Shown in pieces: positions 16,479 through 23,880 of a DNA stretch of 25,324 nucleotides. A program made the position numbers and the translations under genes. Below the pieces are notes generated by a model. The model saw nothing but the letters and a program-made list of their open reading frames with translations. It was not told where the DNA came from and did not search any database. The number at the start of each line of letters is the position of its first letter. Position 1 is the stretch's first letter. Origin of the DNA: Methanomicrobiales archaeon (GTDB lineage: Archaea; Halobacteriota; Methanomicrobia; Methanomicrobiales; JACTUA01); NCBI GenBank assembly GCA_028678885.1, contig JAJRCP010000022.1, positions 1 through 25,324 of the forward strand, read 5' to 3'.

Positions 16479-18485
16479 ATGGGTTTGCTGGATGAGTTTT
16501 TTCCCTACCCTTCTTATCGTCCCTGTCAGCGGGAGATGCTAGATGCCGTAACACGTATCATTAGGGAAGGAGGAATCGGGATGATCGATGCTCCCACTGG
16601 CAGCGGAAAATCCAGCGTGGTTGCAGCCCTCCTTGCGGAAAGGCAGGGAAGAAAAGTGGTCATCGCGGTGCGCACGGTAAGCCAGCTCGATACCTTCATC
16701 CGGGAGCTTGCCCTTGTACGGAAAAAACAACCAGGTCTGCGATTCGCGTACCTAATCGGAAAGTCTTCTCTGTGTCCACTTGGAGGAGAGGGAGACGTGT
16801 ACCGAAAATGCGAGGTGCTAAAGACTTTTTCCACGTCTCTGATACGTCAACAAGCAGCTCGGGGGTCACTAGTTCCTTCCCGCGATCCGGTGGTGCGCCG
16901 CCAGATATCCCATCTTGACAGGGAACACCCTCTCCTTTGCCCCCTTTTCATCAATACACGAGTTTTTATCGATCAGGGGGAAGAGGGTTTGCGAATGGTC
17001 CCATCAGCTGCGATGTACCGGTATGCAGATCGGCTGGCAACAGAGGTGGTCCATCCTCGCGATCTGGGCAGTATCTGCCATGATCTCTGCCCTTACGAGA
17101 CCATGATCCAGGCTGCACGAACGGCAGAGGTAGTAATCCTGAATTTCTATCATCTTTTCGATGACCAGATCCGGGAGCAGATATATGCGTCTCTCGGGCT
17201 GGATCCCAGAAATGTGATCCTTCTCATCGATGAAGCGCATAATTGCGGGGATACCGTTCAGAGTATTCAGAGCGTTGAACTCCAGGAGGGTATTCTGGAT
17301 CTGGCAGACCAAGAGCTGGGAATGCTGCAAAAAACATCCCAGTGTGCGGAATCGATGCGAACCCTGATTCCTGAGATACGGCGTTTCATGGAAGGTTTAA
17401 GGAGCTCGCGGGAGACAGAAGACTGGTTTGATCCAACGATATTCACCAGAATGATCATTCGGGGCTCCTTCTACCAGTGCACGGATGAGATCGTGGACGA
17501 TCTTCTTTCGTTGAGTGAGATGATTCGAGAGAAAAACCTGAAAGCAGGTGACTTTCGAGTGAGCGGTGTGGAACGCCTTGCCCTTTTTTTCTACAAGATC
17601 CATCAATCAGCCCAAGTTCCCGTCTTTTTGACGATCTACCGCCGTGAGGAGGATGAGGTATCCTTAGAAGTGCGGAACATCGATCCCTCAGGACACCTCT
17701 CTCAGCTCGCTAGATCGCATGCAAGTTGTATCCTGATCAGTGGCACCCTGTCACCGGTAGAAGGATATCGGAAATTATATTTTGAGGACCTTCCTGTCAC
17801 CACCCTTTCCCTTCCCAATACCTTCTCCCGAAAAAATCGGCGCATGTTCTGTGCTCAGGACATTACAACGGCGTTCAGTCAGCGGAACGATCCAGGGAAC
17901 AGACAGAGGATATGTCATTATATCAAAGAGTTCTCGGCTGTTCAAGGAAATATCGCCATATATTTTCCTTCCTACCAGCTGCTGGAATCATTCCGGGAGT
18001 GCAGTCCAGCAACGCACCAGAATCGAAGTATTTTTTTTGAGCCCCGGGATACCCAGGATGCTCAGCTTGCTCTTCAGAAGTTTCTCTCACTTCCTTCAGA
18101 GGGGGGATCCGGGGTGCTGATGGGAGTGTGCGGAGGGAAGTGGAGTGAGGGTCTGGATTATCGCGGGGAGATGCTCTCCGGGGCTATGGTGATTGGTCTA
18201 CCACTTGCACCGTTCAATCGCGTGCGACAGATGATCATCCAGTATTTCCGAAATAAATTCGGAGAAGAAGGAGAGTTTCTTAGTTATACTCTCCCTGCCC
18301 TAAACCGCGCCCTCCAGGCACTTGGCCGGGTAATACGGACACCAGAGGATCGGGGAGTGCTCGTACTTGGGGAGAGAAGATATCTCGAACCGAAGATTCG
18401 AAACGCTCTTCCATCCTGGATGCAAGAAGAAATGGAAGTCTGCGACAATAGCTCCTTTGGTGAGCTTCTGGGGGGATGGACATAA
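16479..18485 (+). CDS. xpd: XPD/Rad3/DinG-family ATP-dependent 5'-3' DNA helicase (Fe-S)
   Basis: Q-motif YRPCQ, Walker A APTGSGKS, DEAH (IDEAHN), SGTLSP, YFPSY, GKWSEGLDY and QALGRVIR. Four candidate Fe-S Cys are in SLCP, RKCE, LLCPLF and DLCPYE. Confidence 0.94.
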   Translation: MGLLDEFFPYPSYRPCQREMLDAVTRIIREGGIGMIDAPTGSGKSSVVAALLAERQGRKVVIAVRTVSQLDTFIRELALVRKKQPGLRFAYLIGKSSLCPLGGEGDVYRKCEVLKTFSTSLIRQQAARGSLVPSRDPVVRRQISHLDREHPLLCPLFINTRVFIDQGEEGLRMVPSAAMYRYADRLATEVVHPRDLGSICHDLCPYETMIQAARTAEVVILNFYHLFDDQIREQIYASLGLDPRNVILLIDEAHNCGDTVQSIQSVELQEGILDLADQELGMLQKTSQCAESMRTLIPEIRRFMEGLRSSRETEDWFDPTIFTRMIIRGSFYQCTDEIVDDLLSLSEMIREKNLKAGDFRVSGVERLALFFYKIHQSAQVPVFLTIYRREEDEVSLEVRNIDPSGHLSQLARSHASCILISGTLSPVEGYRKLYFEDLPVTTLSLPNTFSRKNRRMFCAQDITTAFSQRNDPGNRQRICHYIKEFSAVQGNIAIYFPSYQLLESFRECSPATHQNRSIFFEPRDTQDAQLALQKFLSLPSEGGSGVLMGVCGGKWSEGLDYRGEMLSGAMVIGLPLAPFNRVRQMIIQYFRNKFGEEGEFLSYTLPALNRALQALGRVIRTPEDRGVLVLGERRYLEPKIRNALPSWMQEEMEVCDNSSFGELLGGWT

Positions 18486-18910
18486 GAGTGGGTGCATGCC
18501 GTTATGGTCTCTGGTATGTGAATATATACTGGAGCGAGAACACGGTATATCGTGTTAGATTTTCACGTACCGGTGAAGAAACTCCTGTCCCTTTATCCTT
18601 CCGCCTCTACCTCTCTGGAAAAACGAAAGAGATCGGCATGAAGAGTATCGCGGCCTCAGGCACTAGTACCTTCGCACGGATCTATCGGGAGGTGATGCAG
18701 GTACCATATGGGGAGACGGTGACATATGGAGAGATTGGGCGGAGAGCAAGCACAGGACCCCGCGTCGTCGGAATGGCAATGGCACGAAATCCAACTCCCC
18801 TGATTATTCCCTGCCACCGTGTGGTAGGTGCACGTTCCCTTGGAGGGTTCACCCCCTCGCTTACGATCAAGCAGGAGCTTCTCGATATGGAAAGAATAGG
18901 GGTAAGATGA
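18476..18910 (+). CDS. ogt: Methylated-DNA--protein-cysteine methyltransferase (MGMT/Ogt)
   Basis: VPYGETVTYGEI, PRVVGMAMARNP, active site IPCHRVV and KQELLDME. The start overlaps the xpd end by 10 nt. Confidence 0.95.
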   Translation: MDIRVGACRYGLWYVNIYWSENTVYRVRFSRTGEETPVPLSFRLYLSGKTKEIGMKSIAASGTSTFARIYREVMQVPYGETVTYGEIGRRASTGPRVVGMAMARNPTPLIIPCHRVVGARSLGGFTPSLTIKQELLDMERIGVR

Positions 18911-18915
18911 GAGAA

Positions 18916-18922
18916 TTTTTTT
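18916..18922 (+). terminator. Candidate oligo-T terminator after ogt (could alternatively be a TATA-like element)
   Basis: A run of seven T starts 5 nt after the ogt stop. Confidence 0.45.
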
Positions 18923-18952
18923 ACCTCCACTCCATCGTAGGCAATGATTCAG

Positions 18953-19064
18953 CCGTGCTTATCCCGGTGGCGAGCACGGGAGGGGCGGTGCTCACTCCTG
19001 AGGGGGCTCTTCCCTGTGAATAAGGAGTGCGTTACCTTTCAAGAAGTCTATGCACAGGGAAGGG
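18953..19064 (+). other. Inverted-repeat-rich spacer upstream of mobA (putative structured leader or small RNA)
   Basis: Pairings read directly: CCGTGCT 18953-59 with AGCACGG 18973-79; CACTCCT 18993-99 with AGGAGTG 19023-29; CTCTTCCCTGTG 19007-18 with CACAGGGAAGGG 19053-64 (12 bp, one G-U). Function is unproven. Confidence 0.4.
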
Positions 19065-19072
19065 ACTATGCG

Positions 19073-19669
19073 ATGAAGACTGCAGTGGTGCTGGTAGGGG
19101 GTGCCGCACGCCGTGCAGGTGGTAGAGAAAAATACCTTTTTTCCTATCAGGGAAAGACATTTCTAGAACGGCTCATCGAGGCACTGCATCCCGTAGTGGA
19201 CGAGATTCTAGTGGTGGCTAAGGATTCCTCTCAGTGTGAACAATTTATAAACCTCAACGCAGTGCGATGTGTGGCCGATATCCATCCTGGTGACGGTCCG
19301 GTAGGAGGATTGCAGACCGGTGCGATATATGCGAGGGGGGATCTGATTTTTGCTGTTGCTTGTGACATGCCCTTTGTGCGCCCGGAGGTGGTAAAACGCC
19401 TTTTTTCTCTTATCGGAGAGCACGACGCTGTAGTTCCCTGCTGGGATGCGGAGAGGCTTGAACCATTGCATGCCGTCTACCGGCGGTCTGCTTTGAGAAA
19501 TTATTTTCAGGTAGAGTCCTCCCCCTCCCTTCGGGGGGTTGTGCGGCGACTCTCCACGCGGTATATTTCAGTGGAAACCCTAAGGGAACTCGATCCTTCT
19601 CTTGTCACCTTCACAAATATCAACCGCCTGGAGGAACTGGAGGGGATGAAGAGAGAGGAGATACGATGA
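19073..19669 (+). CDS. mobA: Molybdenum cofactor guanylyltransferase (MobA-like NTP transferase)
   Basis: The start is most likely ATG 19073 (MKTAVVLVGGAARRAGGREKY). Motifs are GPVGGL, VACDMPFV, LEPLHAVY and FTNINRLEEL. The frame is open back to ATG 18944. Confidence 0.92.
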   Translation: MKTAVVLVGGAARRAGGREKYLFSYQGKTFLERLIEALHPVVDEILVVAKDSSQCEQFINLNAVRCVADIHPGDGPVGGLQTGAIYARGDLIFAVACDMPFVRPEVVKRLFSLIGEHDAVVPCWDAERLEPLHAVYRRSALRNYFQVESSPSLRGVVRRLSTRYISVETLRELDPSLVTFTNINRLEELEGMKREEIR

Positions 19670-19745
19670 ATCGGGATCTTGCCAGCGCAATATGTCTGTC
19701 TCGTATGCGGGTACAACATGGTGGGGTATCACCCATAATACGACC

Positions 19746-20300
19746 ATGAGATTCCCAGCAGATGATATGGAAAGAAGAAAATGGCAGAATCCGGAGGTGA
19801 TCCTCTCACGCATCGGCATAAAAGAAGGAGATATCTTTGTCGACGTGGGATGCGGCGAAGGGTTCTTTGCTCTCCCCGCTGCCCGAATAGTGGGCGAAAA
19901 AGGCAAGGTGTATGGGATTGATATCAATCCCAGAGCCATCGAACACCTTACACTGGAAGCCGCGAACCTACGACTTGGATCGCTGCAAGCCATCGCCAGT
20001 GAAGCGGAAAAAACAATTATATGCACAGGATGTGCCGATGTGGTCTTTTACGGTATTAGTCTCCATGATTTCTCAGAGCCAGAGAAAGTGCTTGCATGCG
20101 CCCGATATATGGTCAAAGAATCGGGAATGCTCATCGATCTCGACTGGAAACCTGTACCGACTCCTTTCGGGCCGCCCTTGGCCATTCGTTTTCCGGAGGA
20201 AAAAGCTAAAGCCATGATAATACAGGCGGGATTCCGTATTCAATATGTAAGGGAGGTGGGACCGTGGCATTACTGCATCACTGCAGAACCAGTCACCTGA
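19746..20300 (+). CDS. Class I SAM-dependent methyltransferase, substrate unknown
   Basis: RRKWQNPEVIL, motif I FVDVGCGEGFF, VYGIDIN, ADVVF..ISLHD, LIDLDW and PFGPP. The start could be 19746, 19767 or 19692. Confidence 0.85.
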   Translation: MRFPADDMERRKWQNPEVILSRIGIKEGDIFVDVGCGEGFFALPAARIVGEKGKVYGIDINPRAIEHLTLEAANLRLGSLQAIASEAEKTIICTGCADVVFYGISLHDFSEPEKVLACARYMVKESGMLIDLDWKPVPTPFGPPLAIRFPEEKAKAMIIQAGFRIQYVREVGPWHYCITAEPVT

Positions 20301-20504
20301 CTCCAGAAAGGAAGGACATATCGTCGCTTGATAGATCAAGACGGAAATTTCCATTTGGGAACCAACAGTCTTTGAATTAAAGTGAGAAGAGTAGGAAATT
20401 TTCCTGCCAAAGAGATGGGACGTGAGTTCTCCACCCTTCAACCAAAGTAAGGTCTACGCAATCAAGTACAACATCCGAGTAACAACCCTCCTGATGAAGA
20501 GCTA

Positions 20505-20975
20505 TTATCTCTTTTCCGTGTATGCGATAAAATGCAGCGATGCGGAGTTCATGCAGTATCGCAGATGGGTTGGTGGAGGTCCGTCGTCGAAAACATGCCC
20601 TAGATGTGCTCCGCAACGAGCGCAGAGCACTTCGGTACGGACCATGCCATAACTCGTATCTCTCTCCATCCTGATGTTATGGTCCGATACGGGGGCAGAG
20701 AAACTTGGCCAACCTGTTCCTGACTCGAACGTTGTCTCCGAACGAAAAAGATCAGTCCCACAGCAGACACAGCGGTAGATTCCCTTTCCAGAATAATCGT
20801 GGTATTTTCCGGTGAATGCGGCCTCAGTTCCTCCCTTCCTGGCCACCCGGTACTGTTCCGATAAGAGGAGTTTTTTCCATTCTTCATCCGTCTTCTCGAT
20901 CCGTTCTACCTCCTCAATCTTACCAGAGTTAGCATCAAAAATGGGGATTTTCTGTTTTTTGTTATTTCCCACCAT
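20505..20975 (-). CDS. msrB: Peptide-methionine (R)-S-oxide reductase, zinc-binding
   Basis: The start is reassigned to ATG 20975 (AGGTG SD). Motifs are GTE, CVCC and CARC zinc pairs, SGTGWPSF, HLGHVFDDGP and catalytic RYCMNSASL. Confidence 0.96.
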   Translation of the reverse strand: MVGNNKKQKIPIFDANSGKIEEVERIEKTDEEWKKLLLSEQYRVARKGGTEAAFTGKYHDYSGKGIYRCVCCGTDLFRSETTFESGTGWPSFSAPVSDHNIRMERDTSYGMVRTEVLCARCGAHLGHVFDDGPPPTHLRYCMNSASLHFIAYTEKR

Positions 20976-21279
20976 ACGCACCTTAGCCGGCCTCTTAGCC
21001 TGAAAAAGGTTACTCCTCCGAATCTGGAAAGAAGTGTGTATGCCACAGAATATGGTCACGATTCAAGGAAGGTGTATCGATGCAATTAACGCTAGACAGA
21101 TTCCCTTATCATCTCTGATGGGACGAGACAACCAAGTTTTGCGGGAGGACTATATTTGGCTGGTGCTACAGCCCAATCGCTTTCCACCCATTCATATTTC
21201 CGGTACTGCACAATACACGGGATTGTGGATAGACCTTTTAACAGTCTGTTGTATTTCCTATCATCCCACGGATTGACAT

Positions 21280-22053
21280 TTAGAGCGGTTTTTTACTACC
21301 GTTTCCTTCGCGAGCATAACGCCCGAATTCCCCGTCACCCAGCTGTTCTCCACGAAAAACGGGCCCTTCTGTGCAAGTACGCAGACCAAGAGGATCAATG
21401 CAACAGGAGCCACATACACCGATCCCGCACTTCATATACCGTTGCAGGCTGAAATATCCTTTTTCAATACATCCTGATGATCTCAATCGGTCCCAAACCG
21501 TCTTCATCATCGCTTCCGGCCCACAGGAACAGATAGCATCAAATTTTCCCAGATCTTTAAGATGCGGTTCATCCATGAGGGCAGTAACACGGCCTTCCAG
21601 ACCTATGGAACCATCATCGGTGGCAAGGAGAAGATTCGTACATTCGTCCAGAAGATCGACAAACGGCAATTCCTCTTCTGTCCGGGCTCCCAGAAGGAAA
21701 GTACTTATGTGATCGGATCGTGCAAGAGGAAGAAGGGGGGCCGCTCCGATTCCCCCGCAGATGGCTAGAATCTCCCCTTCCTGTGGGAAAGCATTTCCAA
21801 ATGGTCCCCGGAGGCCGATTTCATCCCCAGTACCGAAAGCAAAGAGGGCTTCGGTCGCCTCCCCCACCTTCTGGACAGAGATGGAATGTGAAGAGGTAAG
21901 TGCCATCGGGATCTCGTCAACCCCCGGCACCCATACCATCACAAACTGGCCGGGGCAGAATGATAATTCTTGGGAAAACATGAAGGTCCGTATTGAGGGG
22001 GTCTCCTTGATCACTCGTTCGATACGAACGACGATTGGGAGGGTATCATCCAT
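21280..22053 (-). CDS. pyrK: Dihydroorotate dehydrogenase electron transfer subunit
   Basis: The start is reassigned to ATG 22053, overlapping the pyrD end by 8 nt. Motifs are PGQFVMVWVPGVDEIPM, RGPFGN, GGIGAAPL, CGPE and the 2Fe-2S motif MKCGIGVCGSC...CTEGPVF. Confidence 0.95.
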   Translation of the reverse strand: MDDTLPIVVRIERVIKETPSIRTFMFSQELSFCPGQFVMVWVPGVDEIPMALTSSHSISVQKVGEATEALFAFGTGDEIGLRGPFGNAFPQEGEILAICGGIGAAPLLPLARSDHISTFLLGARTEEELPFVDLLDECTNLLLATDDGSIGLEGRVTALMDEPHLKDLGKFDAICSCGPEAMMKTVWDRLRSSGCIEKGYFSLQRYMKCGIGVCGSCCIDPLGLRTCTEGPVFRGEQLGDGEFGRYAREGNGSKKPL

Positions 22054-22933
22054 GCGCACACCCCACAATCTCCTCAGAGGGTGATCCATCGGGAGCGTAC
22101 AATTCGCTTGTAAGGGTGCAGAACAGATCCGGGGTTCGGTATACTGCTGTCCCGATCTCCACCGCACTCGCTCCCGCCATCATCATCTCGACCACATCTG
22201 CGGCAGAGGAAATACCTCCCACACCGATTATGGGAACTGTGCAGGCTTCGTACAGCTCGTACACGGACCGCACCGCAATGGGAAAGATCTGCCGTCCAGA
22301 AAGCCCGCCGATTCGGTTTCCGAGCACCGGGCGTCGGAGATCGACTGAGATGCGCATAGCCTTCACTGTGTTAATGGCAACAAGTGCTGCAGCGCCTCCT
22401 TGTTCCGCAGCAAGTCCGATCTCAGTAATATCAGTCACATTGGGGGTGAGTTTCACCCAGGTGGGGATACCCAGGGTAGAGACCGCCTTGGTGCAGGCAA
22501 GGACGAGATCAGGATCAGTGCCAATGGCTGACCCATATCCTTCCGCATGCGGACAACTTAGGTTCAGTTCAAAACAGCGGACAGCATCCGTAAACCAGGA
22601 GGCTACAGTGGAGAATTCTTCCGGGTTGCTTCCAAAAATACTCACCACAACGGGTTCATCTTTAAGCAATGCCAGTTCCTCTCGAAAATACTTCGAGGGG
22701 TTGGGAAGGCCCATCGCATTGAGAAGCCCCCCATCAAGTTCCACGACACAGGGACCTGGATGACCCGGAAAGGGGTGAGGGCCGATAGACTTCGTAACCA
22801 CCCCCCCGGCACCGGAGCGTAGAATCCGGGCGAGAGAAGATCCGGTCGTTCCAAGGATTCCTGCCGCCAGGAGGAGGTGATTGCGGAAAGTGACCCGGCC
22901 GATCCTGACCGACCCCCCTCGGAGGGTGACCAT
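22046..22933 (-). CDS. pyrD: Dihydroorotate dehydrogenase, family 1B catalytic subunit
   Basis: NHLLLAAG, VTKS, LNAMGLPNP, ELNLSCPH (catalytic Cys), VKLTPN, AINT, GGLSG and IIGVGGI, adjacent to pyrK. Confidence 0.96.
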   Translation of the reverse strand: MVTLRGGSVRIGRVTFRNHLLLAAGILGTTGSSLARILRSGAGGVVTKSIGPHPFPGHPGPCVVELDGGLLNAMGLPNPSKYFREELALLKDEPVVVSIFGSNPEEFSTVASWFTDAVRCFELNLSCPHAEGYGSAIGTDPDLVLACTKAVSTLGIPTWVKLTPNVTDITEIGLAAEQGGAAALVAINTVKAMRISVDLRRPVLGNRIGGLSGRQIFPIAVRSVYELYEACTVPIIGVGGISSAADVVEMMMAGASAVEIGTAVYRTPDLFCTLTSELYAPDGSPSEEIVGCAHG

Positions 22934-22949
22934 GGGTTACATTGTGGTC

Positions 22950-22962
22950 TTTTTTATTATTA
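22950..22962. promoter_or_regulatory. AT-rich element of a 47-bp divergent promoter shared by pyrD and mdh
   Basis: TTTTTTATTATTA is the only AT-rich tract between ATG 22933 (-) and ATG 22981 (+), roughly 20-30 nt from each. Confidence 0.5.
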
Positions 22963-22980
22963 GCATACCTATATGTGTAC

Positions 22981-23850
22981 ATGACGAGCCTCTCCATTAC
23001 TGGAGTTGGTCGCATCGGTGGGGAGGTTGCTTTTCTTGCGTCCTACTTGGGTCTCGTGGACGAGCTGGTTCTCTATGATATCCAGTCACCCTTGCTTGAA
23101 GCCCAGGTTAAAGACCTCCTTCACGGGATGATCGATCTGGAGATCTCGACAGATCCCGAAAACATCAAGCATACCGACCTGTGTGTATTCACTGCTGGAA
23201 TGCCACGAAATCCCGGTATCCGGGCCCGTGCCGATCTTCTTCACGCGAACCTCACCGTAGCAAATCAGGTCCTCCCCTATCTCAAGGGATTCGATGGAAT
23301 CCTAGTTACAGTTGTGAACCCGGTAGATGTACTCAATTATTATTTCTCTAACCAAGGTAGCATCGACTCTCATCGGTGTATCGGGTTTGGAGGCCAGCTG
23401 GATAGTGCTCGATTTGCCTTAGAACTGAGTGCCCGGAGGATTGAGGGCCCGCGATGGGTGCTGGGAGAGCACGGGGAACACCAGGTCCCGATCTTCAGTC
23501 GTCTTTATACACAAGTTTCAAGGGAGGAAAGAGACAAGATTCTACAAAAATTACGTACTGCCAGTATGGAGGTAATACGAGGAAAGGGGGGCACGGTCTA
23601 TGGACCGACAGTGCACCTGCTCAATCTTATGGAAGCGATTATCGATGATACACAGGCCCTCTTCCCGGTTTCTTGCATTCTCTCTGGGGAGTACGGGGTT
23701 AGCGGATGTTCCCTGGGAGTGCCTGCAGAAGTGGGTTGGGGGGGTATACTCTCTATCGAGGAATGGGCTTTGGATGAATGGGAAAAAACCCAATTCGCGG
23801 AGGCTGCCTGCTTTTTGCAGGGGTTGTGCGGACAACTCTATGATTCATAA
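22981..23850 (+). CDS. mdh: LDH-like malate dehydrogenase
   Basis: The start is reassigned to ATG 22981 (MTSLSITGVGRIG, GxGxxG). Motifs are LYD (NAD-type Asp), TAGMPR (Arg at the MDH specificity position), VVNPVD, LDSARF and LGEHGE. Confidence 0.85.
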   Translation: MTSLSITGVGRIGGEVAFLASYLGLVDELVLYDIQSPLLEAQVKDLLHGMIDLEISTDPENIKHTDLCVFTAGMPRNPGIRARADLLHANLTVANQVLPYLKGFDGILVTVVNPVDVLNYYFSNQGSIDSHRCIGFGGQLDSARFALELSARRIEGPRWVLGEHGEHQVPIFSRLYTQVSREERDKILQKLRTASMEVIRGKGGTVYGPTVHLLNLMEAIIDDTQALFPVSCILSGEYGVSGCSLGVPAEVGWGGILSIEEWALDEWEKTQFAEAACFLQGLCGQLYDS

Positions 23851-23880
23851 CCACCCGAAATCAAGGTGGTGTGAGGGCAT

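Noticed and set aside
18940-19001. Fluoride riboswitch or box C/D sRNA reading of the mobA spacer (GGCAATGATTCAGCC ... ACTCCTGA)
   Set aside because: The hairpin loop cannot pair with ACTCC, so the fluoride pseudoknot is absent. The C box is only 5/7 and the D'/C' candidates overlap.
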